From the NCBI GenBank assembly GCA_964016885.1, contig CAXHJY010000652.1, forward strand, positions 1 through 64,000: a stretch of 64,000 bases of DNA, given 5' to 3'. The stretch comes from Eledone cirrhosa. Its lineage: Eukaryota. Below are positions 38,043 through 52,165 of this stretch, piece by piece (the stretch's first letter is position 1; each line of letters begins with the position of its first letter). Below the pieces are notes generated by a model. It was not told the origin of the DNA. It did not search any database and was given only the letters and a program-made list of their open reading frames with translations. Position numbers and translations under genes: made by a program.

Positions 38043-40150
38043 CAAGCTACTTTCCTTTGGCCCATTTGTAAACTATACGTGCGTGATTTGGCTAAGTCAG
38101 GCCAATCGTGAGCCGCGCACGAATATATATTTCCAGCTTCCGCCAAAACAGATTTTCCCGCTTTCTTTCGATATACTATCTCTTGTTGCTTCAATTATGG
38201 AAAGGTAAACGCCATTTTTCTTTTGCCGTTCGGCCACTAGCCAATATGTAACGACAACAACATAACTACGGCCTGGCCAGCACCCCAGCCTTAATTTGTT
38301 TATTCCTTTGCTTGGCATGCCAGCTCAACCTTTGTAATCGGTTTTTAAATAAATTATGTAAAAATATTGTAAAGTCTTGTGATACTATTACCACAGCCAT
38401 AGCCTTTAAATATGGTATGGAAAGATCATTTCCGGCGTTATTATCACTGCAACAATAGAACTTGGGATTTACAGCTGAATCTCAAACAATAAAATACATC
38501 ATTAACTTTGCCTTTCATCCTTACGAGGTCAATAAAATAAAGTACCAGTAATGTACTGGGTAATTGCTGCCCTTGTGCCTAAAGTAGAAACAATTATTTT
38601 ATATACTGCTAAAATGGTGACCCGCCGTGGGAATATTTCCGTACGAAATATTCCTCTGAAAAAAAATATATATATTAGCAGTATTTAAAAAAAAACAACA
38701 CGCAACCTTTCTTATTCATATTGTATCGACACACCATTTAAAAACTTTCTTGTTGAAATTGTGCCAACATGGTATGGTGTTGCTTTCCTTCAATAAATTG
38801 ATGAACCCGCCGTAGGAAATATTCCTTAAAAAAAAAAATTAGCAGTATTTCAAAAAATTATAACACGAGAACATTTTTTTTTAATGGCTACCATAGCACC
38901 GCCAGCAGCCGCTATCGTGAACCACTAAACCAGCAGCAACAACACTGGTTAATCACAACCATAAATCACACGGGAAAAATGTTTTCAAAACGACAACTTC
39001 GTGACCTTCAGCAGCAACTGACGCAACAGCACCAACAATGTGGCAGCGTTATAGTTATACCGTTGTAACCACTACCTCTACGAATAGCAGGATCACAGCT
39101 AAAATTACGTCACCAACGACAACAGCTCTGGTACATTTACCACAACAACTACAGCTACACAGCTCTGGTACAACATTTACCACAACAACTACACAGCTCT
39201 GGTAAAACATTTACCACAACAACTACAGCTACACAGCTCTGGTAAAACATTTACCACAACAACCACAGCTACACAGCTCTGGTAAAACTCTATGAACAGC
39301 ATCATCATTGACAATAACTACTGGTAAAACATTTACCATAACTAAGAATTAATGCAAGATCAACAACTTTAAAAACATTTGACAAATTTTTCGCTCATCT
39401 CAGACTTCATTCGTTTTCTATTAAGACCCCGGGTGGTCACGTTATAAATAGCAAACAGCTAGTCAATTGACACAGCGGCTTACATAACACAGAGCTCGTT
39501 ACCTTAGAGCCTCGTTCACAATTTTCTTCTTGCATTCATTCTTTCATTCATTTTTTTTTCATTGATGTGCTCTTTTACAGCGTTTTCATACTGGTGACCT
39601 ATGCGAATTCCATTTTTTCTTATTTATCGCCCTTCTTGTTTAAACAAGCTACTTTCCTTTGGCGCATTTTTAAACTATTCGTGCGTGATTTGGCTAAGTC
39701 AGGCCAATCGTGACCCGCGCACGAATATATATTTCCAGCTTCCGCCAAAAACAGAGATTTTCCCACTTTCTTTCGATATACTGTCTCTTGTTGCTTCAAT
39801 TATGGAAAGGTAAGCACTATTTTTCTTTTGCCGTTCGACCACTAGCCAATATGTAACGACAACAACATAACTACGGCCTGGCCAGCACCTTAGCCAGTCG
39901 ACCGTACCTTCTAAACCCTTAATTTGTTTATTCCTTTGTTTGGCATGCCAGCTCAACCTTTGTAATCGGTTTTTAAATAAATTATCTAAAAACATTGTAA
40001 AGCCATAGCCTTTAAATGATCCTTTCCAGAGTTATTATCACTGGGACTTACAGCCGAACCTCAATTCAACTAACATTGCCATATAACAAAACCGTTACAT
40101 TTATTGATATAACCAAACCATACCTTTCCTGCTGTAACAAAATACATCAT
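38043..40150 (+). repeat. Diverged ~450-bp direct repeats (38043-38500 and 39646-40150)
   Basis: Shared cgtgcgtgatttggctaagtcaggccaatcgtga...; ~1.6 kb apart. Confidence 0.85.
39120..39340 (+). repeat. Minisatellite, ~35-42-bp unit
   Basis: acagctctggtaaaacatttaccacaacaactac, 4-5 copies. Confidence 0.85.
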
Positions 40151-40440
40151 TATTATTATTATTGCCGTTGATATTATTATTACATGGCATAATACTATTT
40201 TCTGCTACACTGGTGACTATTATTAAACTGGTATATTGGTGACCTCTGTTGATACAAATATCATTGTCATTATTTTATATCCTGCTAAAGATGAAAGGCA
40301 AAGTTGAGATCGGCGGAATTTGAACTCAGAACGTAAAAACGGAAGAAGTATCGCTAAGCATTTCGCCAGATGTGCTAACGATTTCATCAGCTCGCTGCCT
40401 TATTTTCACTGGTTATAATGCAATCTGGCGGAAATACTTC

Positions 40441-40483
<43 letters not shown>

Positions 40484-40522
40484 AAGTATAAAACAATCAA
40501 ATCTTTATTTAATGCATTTAAT

Positions 40523-40569
40523 TGCTGACGATCGTTTCTTCCAAACAACTGTTTGGAATCATCGGAGCA
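40523..40569 (-). ncRNA. Type I hammerhead, U4C core variant
   Basis: Minus strand tgct CCGATGA ttccaaaca-gt-tgtttggaa GAAA cgatcg TC agca. Confidence 0.7.
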
Positions 40570-40994
40570 TACACAATGTTTAAACAAGTAATTATATTCC
40601 TAGTCCTTAGAACATTCATAAAGATACATTATTATTATTAACATTGTCAATGATATCACATTAAAAATCAAGAGTAACACTATGATATTACAGTGAAAGA
40701 TATTGGGAGCTATAATAAAGAGGGTATTATTAAAAGTGAGAATATCAAGCTTAATTGCACAGAAAGTTAATAACAATACGCATAAAGGTAATACAGATGC
40801 AAAAAGGTAGCAAGCATATACATAATATTAGATTAAAAAGATATCAAAATATTGAAAGGTGTTATAAGAGGAGTATAATTAAAAGTGAAAATATGAAGCA
40901 TATTACATACAGGATGTGCATAGTAACACGCATTAAGGTAAAACAGATACATAATGATAGCATAGATATATCTATATCTATGATAGCGCTCGAA

Positions 40995-41560
40995 AGTCGT
41001 TGGAAAATCCCCGAGGAGGGGGAGGTTCTCCGAGGTGTGAACAGCAGCACCCCCTCCGTTTTCATGGAAAAAAGTTGATTGCAAGCATCTTAGGGGTTAA
41101 ATTAGTTGACAGCACAAAAAAAACAAAACAGGAGAACTTTTTTTTTTCCTACTGGAATCGAGTGTGGTGTTTTATCATACTGTATTACCAAAAGATCTAT
41201 AGCAAGCATCTAAGAGGTCCAGAAAAAATCGAGGAAAGATAATTATTTCCCACCAAACGTGAAAGATGTATAGTTCTGCGAAACTCCGATGGTTTTTTCG
41301 TCCCCTTTCACCCTACTTTTTCTACAAATCTAGTCAGTTACAACTGGTTTGGAAGTCCTATTCGTTGATGACACGTGAAAAGAAAATGTTTGGAAAACTC
41401 CGATGAGGAGGGAAGTGTTATCCGAGGGTGGGGCAACCCCATCCCCTCCGTTCTCCGGGAAAAACGTTGATTGCCAGGTTAGATTACAAAAGATTACAAA
41501 AAAGAAAAACAGTAAAAATATTTTTTCGATCTTGAAATCGAGTGATGTGTTCTGTAATAA
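40995..41560 (+). repeat. ~400-bp tandem unit (~1.4 copies)
   Basis: ttggaaaa..ccga..aggaggg at ~41000 and ~41390. Confidence 0.6.
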
Positions 41561-41720
41561 TTGTTTCTACTTTTGGCACAAGGCCAGCAATTACCCAGTG
41601 CATTACTGGTACTTTATTTTATCGACCTCGTAAGGATGAAAGGCGAAGTTAACCTCAGCAGGATTTGAACTCAGATCATAAAGAGCTGTAACATAATGCT
41701 GCAAAGCATGGTGTCCGACC
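41557..41720 (-). mobile_element. tRNA-derived SINE
   Basis: Same family as 20068. Confidence 0.8.
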
Positions 41721-43770
41721 CACAAGGGCTGACAAGTAGGGGACAATACAAACACGGACAGTGGGGTTTACAATAAGCTCGAGTAAAAGTGCACAATGGC
41801 AAGACTAATTTAGATATGAAAATATAAAACTATGCATAAACATAATAAAATATATTCCCCAATAGGAGGTGAGGTGGATAACCCAGGGCGACTCTGGTAC
41901 CCCACCAATCCTGAACCACCCGACGCTTCTAGGGCATCCAGGGAGGGCACCCCTATCCTCCTCAAATTAACCAGCCTACAGGCGCATGGTCAGAGTAGGC
42001 CCACTCACATGGGCCATTCTCGCCACATTCACCCACCTTTTAGTAAATGTACTGGGGGACAGTACTTCTCTCTCCACCCTCACCTTCCTTTCCAAGTGTA
42101 ACTTAAAGAAGTTGAATAGGGATTGGCCGAAGAGAAAAATGTTTGCCTTCAGTCCTTTCAACCTGGTCCACCATACAACCTCTTTCGCAACTGCCACCAG
42201 ACAGAGGAAAATTGCCTGCCCTTCCTGGCCAAAAGAAGGCGGCGGATCGATCTTCACTATAGACTCGGCCGATAGCCGGATCCATTCTAAACGCGACAAC
42301 AGCTGTTCGACATAACTCCACAAGTCAGTAATGCACGGACATTGGACGAGTGCGTGCAAAGCTGTTTCGCCGCTCTGCGCGCATCTCGGGCGGGTCCGTC
42401 TAACAGCATCCCCGTGCCTGTAGAGTTTATCGCGAACAGATAGTCCCCCTCGGTAGCACTGCCAAGCGAGGGATTTCTGGAAGCTATCTATCGTCCCCGG
42501 CTTGAAAGTCCTCCCGAACAGACTGGTCAGTTCGACTTCGTCTACACCCAGAGCCTCCCCGAGTGCGTCGTCGCACTTGTCCGCCACTAATCCTCTATAG
42601 AACTCGAGAGTGGAAGTTCCACTGACCCCATTGCCCGCCTAGTAGAGGGCAGTGAGTGCCTGGCAACATTCCAGATGCCAGTCACCCAGTCTTGGTCTCT
42701 TCTTGATCCAGGACTGCAGCTCAGTCATCGAGACGAGCTGCAGAAAGGCTCATCTGATAAATTGTGACCACACCTGTTCACCGTTTCGGCAGAATATCTG
42801 GAGATGCCGCAGCCTCATCGCATATCTGCGCAGCATTAGCCACGGCACGCCCAGCCCTCCGCGTAGAGGGTGCTGGCAGCAGATGGACCGCTTCAACAAC
42901 GGGACCTGTCCCCTCCACAAGAATTTGAAGAAGAACCGTTCCAACTTGGTGATGCGCGGACGGGGGCAAGGTACGACGGTCAGGCTGTAGTAGATGATGG
43001 ACGCGATGTACGTATTCGCCACCTCCATCCGACCTTTCAGTGATAGCTCCCTCGCTGCCCATTTCTGGGTGAGACTGGCTACCCTGCTCGTTCCCTCGTC
43101 CCAATTCTTATCCACCTGAAGGTCTGGTCTTTACCGATCCGCCCATCCAGTGCCCAACGACGCTGTTGGACGCTGTCCGAGCTGCAAGCCCACCGACTTT
43201 TCCGGGTTAAGTTTCGCTCCTGTCAACCTTTTATATTCCTTCAATAAAGTGCCGACCACCTCGATTTCCGAGGTGTCCGACACCCTCATGATGGGTGATG
43301 TCGTCCGCATAAGACGACACAGCCTTTCCGCGTCCCGGTTCGAGCAGGATGCTCTGCAACAGCTTCAGCTTCCGCAGTAAAGGCTCGAGAGTCAATATGT
43401 ACAGAAGGGAAGAGCGAGAGCACCATTGACAGACCGATCGGGAGACCTGAAACGGTTCCGAGAGGTGGCAGTTAACCTTGACCACCAAGCAGATGCCGCT
43501 GTGCATTGCAGCGATCCAGCTTCTGAAGACAGGGCCGAAGCCAGCTGCCTTGAGGACAGCCTCCAGGTACCGATGGTCGACCCTATCGAATGCTTTCAAT
43601 TGATCAGAGCCCCACCGAAGCCAGGTTTACACCCTACCCTCTCTATGATGTATCGTATGAGGTGGAAGTTGTCGTGTATGGACCTGGAGCGGATTGCGCA
43701 AGCTTGCGCCTCCCCAACCAACTCCTCGACGACAAACGCCAACGTCTTCGCTAACACCTTACCCAAAATA
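41720..43770 (-). mobile_element. Tx1/L1-clade LINE, degenerate
   Basis: [31 protein letters not shown]. Confidence 0.87.
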
Positions 43771-43990
43771 TTGTTTCTACTTTAGGCACAAGGCCAGCAA
43801 TTTGAAGGGGGAGGGGGAAAGTCGATTAAATCGCCCCCAGTGTATTACTGGTGCTTTGTTTTATCGACCCCGTAAGGATGAAAAGCAAAGTTAACCTCAG
43901 TGGGATGTGAACCCAGACCGTAAAGGGTCGTAACTCTATGCTGCAAAGCATGGTGTCTGACGCTCTACCGATTCTGCCAATCCACCGCCC

Positions 43991-44031
<41 letters not shown>

Positions 44032-44170
44032 TTTCTGATTTAGTCGCAAGGTCATCAATTTTTGGGGTGGGGGAAAGTCGATTAAATCGACCCCAGTGCA
44101 TTACTGGTACTTTATTTTATCGACGCTGTATGGATGAAAAGCAAAGTTAGCCTCGGTGGGATTTGGACAA
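43770..44170 (-). mobile_element. Two tRNA-derived SINEs separated by a (TAA)n tail
   Basis: Same family motifs; (ata)n at 43993-44028. Confidence 0.8.
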
Positions 44171-46450
44171 GATCACAAAAGCATCCTCTCGCACGATGGC
44201 CGGTGACACCCGCTGCAACAGCCATCCAACCTCGCGGGGCTCCCTCCTCAAACGGGCCGCCAACATTCCGATCTTGCGGAGGAGCTCGGCAGGGTCCAAG
44301 TACGCCTGAAGTCTCGACGGCGACCGGTGCGAAGAGGAAGCGACCGGACTAACCCCGGTATTTATTTATTTTACGTTTTTCAGCGAGGCGGGCCGCGATA
44401 CCGGGGTTTGTGGCCGAAGCAACTAAGCTGGAGGCGGAGAATGTGTCGCAGCAGAGTGACGTCCCAGATGAGGGATCTACCTCCTTCGAATGGGAAGAGT
44501 GTGATTACGTCGAGGCGCTTGCCCTCTCCGTGGTCTAGGCCTGTTGGCTCCAATTGAGATGGAAAGCCAGCTGCGTCCAGGCTTCTTCTCAATATGTTAT
44601 TGAGAACGGCGTGTCGGGGGAACCGGTCTGCGCTCTGGCGGCAAGATAGAGAGTGCAGGCCGAACTTGTCAACAACCGCCCTGCAGTGGCATTTATGAGA
44701 TTCACACACGCGGAGGCCAAGGCGTTGGGCTACTCCGATGCGAGCGCACTCATCATCAAGAAGGGTACCGGTTGATGAGGAGGGCACCGAATTGAGCCAC
44801 CTGCCGCTGTTGGGCTGAGAAGCGGAGCAGAGGCAGGCGAGGCGGTCTTGGTCCAAGCCAGACTCGATCCGCCAGATAAAAGACCTGCAATTGATGTCGC
44901 CCCAGTTACGTTGGACCGTAGTATACTGGGGGATAGAGAGGCCTTCGCCTGTCCAGTAGGCCAGAGCCTGTTTCATTTCAGGGGCCAGGTCAGGTTCGGC
45001 TGTCAGGCTGAGAACCTCACTGACGAGAGCGCGACAGGAGGAGATTAAGTAAATGTAGGCAGGTAAAGCTAGGTCAGAAGCTGATCGGAGGCCAAGGACA
45101 CCGAACCTCGCTGGGAGTGTCTGGGGTCTTCCGTACGAAAGGTGAACGAGGGGGTAGATGAAAGGGGCTCGTCTGAGACATATCTCTAGGACGTGATCTC
45201 GTCTAACGCTGTTGAAGGCGTTAGTCATGTCCAGCATTACGAGGAGGTGGAGTGACGAGGGAGGCGCATGCTTTATAAAGTGTCTGGCCGCATGAGCTGC
45301 GGCCTCACAACTGCACTTGATTCCCACTCCGAGCTGGACAGGGCTTAGCACCTCGCTGAGGTTGTCTTTGATTGACTTGCAAGCTATCTTAGCTGCAAAT
45401 CGTTACCCACTGCGATGGAGCGGAGGCCTCCGTCATTCTACCTCGGGGTTGAGAAGAAAAGATCGCAGGCATGGCTGGGAAAGTTGGCGTGGAGGAGACA
45501 GTTGGTGAGGGCTTAATGGCTGGAGCAGTCGGGCCCTTGCTTTCACCGCACATGAGACGAGATGAGGTCTCGGAGATGATCGGGGAGCAAGCCGCCCACT
45601 CCGCCACTGCTGCTACCAGGAAAAGATCTTAGGGCGGGTGCCACGTCCTCGCTGGACGCTGCCAGGGAGGGAATGCTGGCCGGGGCTGGAGCGTCCCTGA
45701 TGTCAACAGGAGGGTCCGGATGTTTGAGGCGAAGCGCTGACAAAACATCCGGTGTTGGTCGGAGCAGAGCGTCTCTTGAGGCCAGCACACGAACAGCCGT
45801 CGAAACGTCGCCCTCAATTAATTTGAGGTTGACGCTGTCCCGGAGAGGTTTCGTGCTGTCGTAGGTGAATTGGGGGTGTTGTGTAGGCACTGGTGGGCAG
45901 CATGAGAGTGTCGAGAGGTTTGCGAGCGAAGGGTCGCAGAAAGAGGCGACATTGCCCTTGAGCCTCGAAGCCAGGGAGGGACCAGATCTGTCTCTTACCG
46001 TCGGGTTCCCCACCAACGGGATTCCGAATACGAGAGTAGCAAAACTGAACAGTCTGGTCCGGTCCCCTGGATTGCCCGAGTCAAGCGCTCGGTCGATTGA
46101 AGTCGCTAACGCTTCAGCCACGGGAGTGCGAGCAGGTCTCTCCGCGACTGCCTGAGGTGGAAGATCGCCACCAGACATTCGTCGGAGTCGAGTGGGTCAG
46201 GTTCCCGTTGGATGGGGCACCCATGACCACCTGTGGTGTCGGGGTGGATAGACATGATGGGCAGTGCCAGCGGTGCAATGAATCCGACGCGAGTCTTGTG
46301 AGTTTGACGTAAGAGATGTGGAAGAAGCTGTTGCAGTTGGAGCAGTTCCTTTCTCTCTTGCACCTGTTGCGCATGGCTCACGAGTGACACCGGTCAACTT
46401 CCCGTGGGGTGGAAGGTTGGGAGGAGCGGGCATTGCGTTCAGGAGTGTGG
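44170..46450 (-). mobile_element. CRE-clade LINE, degenerate, with PHD-like N-terminal finger
   Basis: PVQLGVG, LDMTNAFNSVRRD, RHAVLN...LEPTGL...KRLD...LIWDVT; CSNC...FH...WHCPSC. Confidence 0.8.
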
Positions 46451-46739
46451 GAGATCAAATCTTTCGCCATATTGGTAAGGAGAAGAGATACCTGGACCGC
46501 ACAGAATAGGAGATTGGGAGCGAGTTAGAACGGAGGATTGTAAACTGTGCCTGGGGGCGAGTGCATGTATGATGTTGAGACGAGTGTCCGGGCACCCAAA
46601 GAAAATGGCCTTTCAGGACATTTTGATATTTTGTATATTGAATAAATTTTTAGTCGCTGGAGAGAAAAATGTTATCTTAATGGTAACAATTAAAAATAAT
46701 TCAAGGACCTTTGGATGCAACCCGTTTAGTCCCCCACCT

Positions 46740-49140
46740 TCCAAACATCTGTGCGACCTTCAACTGGCGATAAAAACGCTCCACCATTCCATTAAATGCA
46801 GGATGGTAACTGGTAATCCGGATACGTTGAGCACCGATGATATTTGTTAGCTCGGAGGAAAGGTGAGATTCGAACTGCCTACCTCGGTTTGTTTTAATAG
46901 TGGTAGGAACACCGTAGCGCGATATCCACCCTGATACCAGAGCTCGCGCTACAGATTCAGTAGTAATGTCACTAAGAGGAATGGCTTCAGACCATCAGGT
47001 GAAACGATCAATGCAGGTCAGGATGTACGAATATCCACAGCTGACAGACCAAGGTCTTACGAGATCAATATGTATGTGGCGAAAGCGTGCATCAGGTGTA
47101 CTGCCTCTTCATGTATTTGCTGGTACCACGAGCGTTTCGCGGAAAGAGCTCGTAGATGCATTAAACCCTGTTCTTATGTAATCCGGGAAACGCAAGTACG
47201 GGACACTGAGCGCGACAGCCGTCCCCGGTACACCTCTTCCTAACCATGCATTCTTCATAGAAGATTTTTTATCGCGCAAGCTTTTCCTGGTGGATTCTGG
47301 CACTTCTTGCAGTATTTGGCCTCCGAAATTCCTCAAGTACACTCCTCTTTCTTCAGAGATCACCCTGCAGGCGGTGAATCATTCGCCTATCCAAACTTTA
47401 GGTCAGATCTCGCTTTCTTTGGATCTAAATTTACGTCACGACTTAAATGGATATTCGTTATAGCTGACCTGCTATATCCAATCCTGGGAACAGATTTTCT
47501 CCACCATTACTCGCTTTTTGTGGACTATCCTGGATAATACTACCAACTTTTCAATTCATGGCAAAAATTCCAGTGTTCCATCGGTTAGCCCGACATTTTT
47601 CATCGCTACTACAGGAGATGAATATCATAAATTTTTGACACTTTTCCGGCGCTTACTAACTTAAATTTCCAAGTGGATAGTCCTGTGCAGTCTACAAAGC
47701 ATTTCATCTCTACGAACGAACCTCCAGTATTTTCTCGCCCTCGTCGTTTACCCCCGGACAGACTCAAGGCGGCAAAGGCTGAGTTTGATCACATGCTCCA
47801 ACTGGGAATTATTCGTCCATCTACCAGTCCTTGGGCCTCTCCGTTACATATGGTTCCCAAGGGCTCTGAAGATTGGAGACCTACGAGAGATTTTAGAAGA
47901 CTAAACGCCATGACTGTTCCTGATAAATATCCTATTTCACATCTCCAGGATTTTTCGTTTTCGTTACAAGGAAGCACAATATTTTCTAAGCTCGACCTTG
48001 TACGAGCTTACCACCAGATCCCAGTTAAACCTGAGGATATTCCGAAAACAGCAATAACAATACCCTTCGGCTCTTTTGAAATTTTGACAATACCATTTGG
48101 CCTCAGATATGCCGCGAGCACTTTTCAACGATTTATACACGAGGTCATTCGTGGTTTGGACTTTGTCTATGCTTATATCGACGATCTTCTGATTGCCAGT
48201 TCTTCTGCTGAAGAACATATTCACCTTTTAAAGTTGCTTTTCCAGCGCCTTCAGGATTTCAAAGTACGTGTTAACCTTGCTAAATGTGTTTTTGGCTCAT
48301 CTACTCTCGGACATATTATTGATAAAGAGGGTATTCGACCTCTACCTGAAAAAGTACAAGCTATTGAGGACCTTCCTCCTCCTTCTTCTCTTCGCCAGTT
48401 GCGCAATTTCCTCTGATTGTTAAATTTTTATAGACGTTTCATTCATTCCTCACTGTGATGAACTCTTGTCGCCTCCTACTGAACTATTAAGAAATCGTCG
48501 TAAGAAGAATGAAGATATTATTTTGACTATGGCACAATTCGAAGTATTTAACTTTGCAAAAAATGAGCTTGCTAAAGCGTCTCTTCTATCGCACTCGGTC
48601 TCCGATGCAAAGCTTTCGCTTGTGGTTGATGCATCGGATACAGCTGTCGGTGCTGTTTTACAGCAATTTTATTCAGGACACCTGCAACCTCTGGCATTTT
48701 TCTCTCGGAAACTGAAGCCTGCCGAGACGCGATACAGCACTTTTAGTCGCGAATTACTGGCTATTTACCTTTCTGTGAAACACTTTCAACACCTCCTCAA
48801 GGGAAGAAACTTTACTGTGTATACTGACCATAAGCCTCTTACCTTTCCTTTGAAATCAAAACCTGATAGATATTCGCCAAGGGAGACGACACATCTTGAT
48901 TTCGTTTCGCAGTTTACCAGCGACATTCAACATATTTCTGGCTCGAAAAACACCGCGGCAGATGCATTATCCAGACTCGCCATTAGTGCTATATCATCAG
49001 CTCGGGAATTGACCTAAATCTCTTATCTTCAGACCAGCCTCCTTTGGACTCACTGGATTTGTCATCTTCTGAATTTGCGGCTTGTAAATTCAAGTACCTG
49101 CCTTTACCGCCAGCGGACACGCACATTCCCTGCGACGTTA
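46740..49140 (+). mobile_element. Ty3/gypsy LTR retrotransposon internal remnant (gag end, protease, RT, RNase H)
   Basis: YHERF...[48 protein letters not shown]; no LTRs seen. Confidence 0.92.
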
Positions 49141-50005
49141 CATATACGACGTTACATTTGTAGACAATGTTACTGAAGAGGCATTTCCCGGATAGAGGGC
49201 AGTCAACCTGATTCCTACAATTACAGTTAGTAGTAGCTACAGGGTTGCACGTATTACTACGGCTAGGTAATTTAGCTAAATTTGAAGCAGTGATATTGTG
49301 TGCAAGGTTGGGAGTCGTACAGTAAGATATTTGAATGGTATTTCTATTAAATTTTTTATTATATTTATGTGCTGAGGGGAAATGCATCTTAATAAGGGAG
49401 AGAAAGATCTTAGCTAATGGTGTGGCCACCTCCATATTATATGGTGGGTTATACCATATAATGCGTCGGGATCTAGCTTTCCTTGGTCTATGCTCATACT
49501 TAGTATATGCTACCTTATCGACAAATCGACTCCGAGCAAGAGCTTCATTGTAATATGTGGAATGGTCAGGGAAAATATGCTCGTTTGTAGATAGACGGGA
49601 AAGCCTCAAAGAAACGTTTCTTACTAGGTTCTTGGTTATGCTGGCAGGATGGTTAGAATGCTTACTTATGTAATTAAGCGTATCATTCGGCTTTCTATAC
49701 GGGTAGTGCAAGCCATTTGACAAATTGAGGGTAACGTCGAGGTAATAAACGACCGAGAGGTTGGCCTCAACCTGTATGGAGAGGTTGAAACCTTTAAAGA
49801 AGGCGGTGAGTTCTTTTCTGAACCTGTCGCAAGCGTGTGGACCGCACTTTGTCATTGTCAAAAGACCGTCATCGCGGTACAAACCACCGCCCACATTGGG
49901 GAATTCTTCCTTGATAGATAAAAGAAGGAAAGGGCCGATAAGATCTGTAACCTCCGCCGAATCGCTGGCGCCCATACTCACGTCGAATGGGGTACTATTG
50001 AATTT
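49140..50005 (-). mobile_element. PLE (Hydra-like) RT fragment
   Basis: FDVSMG, GLYRDDGL, YLDVTLNL, IIWYNPPY, CNCRNQVDCPLSGKC. Confidence 0.87.
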
Positions 50006-50158
50006 TTTTTATCCAAATAGAGTTGTCGAAAATATATGTGTATGGGTGTGTGTTTATATATTTTTATATATATGCGTATATGTGTGAGTGTATGTGATTG
50101 TATATATGTGTATGTGTTTGTATATATGTGTGTGTATGTGTATTAATATATATATATA

Positions 50159-51450
50159 TGTGGCAGAAAGAATACTGGCGCAACTGATTAGAGAAAGGCT
50201 AAAATTAGATGAGATGCAATTTGGTTTTGTGCCTCGGAAAAGTACAACAGATGCCCTCTTCTTAGTGAGACAAGTACAAGAGAGGTTCTTAGAGAAAAAT
50301 AAGCCACTATACTTAGCTTTTGTTGACCTATAGAAGGCCTTCGATAGAGTACCCCGATCTGTCATCTGGCGGTCACTAAGAAAACTAGGTGTAGAGGAAT
50401 GTCTTGTGAGGACAGTGCAAGCTATGTACAGGGTTGCTGTCAGTAAAGTGAGAGTAGGAATGGAGTTTAGTGAGGAATTCCAGATACAAGTAGGAGTACA
50501 TCAAAGTTCGGATCTCAGCCCGCTCTTGTTCATTATAGTCCTTCAAGCCATAACAGAGGAGTTTAAGATTGGCTGCTCATGGGAACTTCTCTATGCTGAC
50601 AATCTGGTTCTTATAGCAGAATCAGTAGAGGAGCTAGAGAATAAATTCTGGCTATGGAAACAGCAGTTGGAATCAAGAGGATTGGGAGTGAACCTAGCTG
50701 AGACAAAAGTATTGATGAGTAAAAAAAGAGGACAAAACTCTGATTCCATCAGGTAAATGGCCATGTTCGATCTGTAGGAAAGGAGTTAGCATAAATTCTA
50801 TAAAATGTACACAATGCAGGTCTTGGGTACACAGGAGATGTAGTGGGATAGAAGGCAAACTAACAGGTAGGGAAAACTACGTATGCAGTAGATGTACAGG
50901 GAAGTTTGACAGTAGAAGTCGCATTGATAAACACATTTTTCAAATGCAGGTGGGTGCTATAGAAGCGGTTTATAGCTTCCGGTACCTAGGTGATCAGATT
51001 AGCATGGGATGGGGGGGGGGGGGTTCCAAGGCCATAGTATCTAGAATAAGGATGGGTTGGAAGAAGTTTAGGGAGCTGCTTCCTCTGCTGACAAAGAAGG
51101 GTTTCTCCATGCGTACGAAAGGCCGGTTATATGATGCCTGCGCGAGGTGCGTGATGCTGCATGGAAGTGAGACATGAGCAGCAACTGCAGAGGATATGCG
51201 ACAGCTGGAGAGAAATGAAGCAAGCATGCTCCGTTGGATGTGCAGTGTCAATGTACGTGAACGACCGAGCATGGATGTGTTGAGAGAGATAACTGTGTTT
51301 AAGAGGAATAAGTTGTAGTGTGTGGGAGAGAAGACTGCGGTGATATGGACATGTGATGCGCATGGAGGATGACCGCTGGGTAAAGAAGTGCCAGTAGAAG
51401 GAAGATGCAGTAGAGGAAGACCACTAAAAACATGGTCAGAGGTGGTGAAA
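50159..51450 (+). mobile_element. Degenerate RTE LINE fragment
   Basis: QFGFVPRKSTTDALF, WELLYADN, MLHGSET; begins at a TA tract. Confidence 0.88.
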
Positions 51451-51947
51451 GATTTTGTATATTTAACTAAGATTGACAATCACCTAATATTTTGTTTTTA
51501 TTCGTCTGTGTTTTTTTGTTGTTTTTTTCCCCCGCACTGTGGTGAGATGTACTGCCTTTAATGTGTTCGAAACATCTGTGATCCACAGAAGACAGCTGAT
51601 GAGCAGGAATTGTCCTTGTGTTTACATTTGTGTTTCTCTTATGTTTTCTAAATAATATTTATTAGTAACCACACAGCGCCTTTGTTACTTTTTAATATAT
51701 ATATAAAATTTCCCAAATGGTTGACTGAATACGCACGTGTGCGTTTTCTCCCCTTTTTTCTCTTTTTCCCCCCATTCCTTCCCCTTCTTGCTTTATCTTC
51801 TATTTCTAACTCTATCTTCTGATGAAGGACTAGTGTCCAAGTGTTGAAACTCTTTTCCTGCTATTTCAAGCATTAAACTAATATTTAATTCTGTTTACTT
51901 TTTACGCACATATATATGTGTGTGTGTGCAGGTCCACTGTCTGTATA

Positions 51948-52165
51948 CATCATCACCGTTTTACGTCCATTCTTCCACACTAGCATGGGTTAGACGGGTT
52001 GTCCTGTTGTGGGCAGTGCCCGGTCGGCTGACCAAGTCTTGCTCATACGGGAACTGATTCTGGCTTGATTTCTACAGCGGGATGCCCTTCCTAACACCAA
52101 CCTCATTTACAGTCAGTGCTGGGTGCTTTTTTTCCGTGGCGCCTGCCTACACGTCCACTTTACAG
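51948..52165 (-). mobile_element. RTE 3'UTR fragment
   Basis: Reverse complement of ~7630-7845. Confidence 0.8.

Noticed and set aside
39120-39340. Regular short repeats resembling a CRISPR array
   Set aside because: No unique spacers, eukaryotic context, no cas genes; it is a minisatellite
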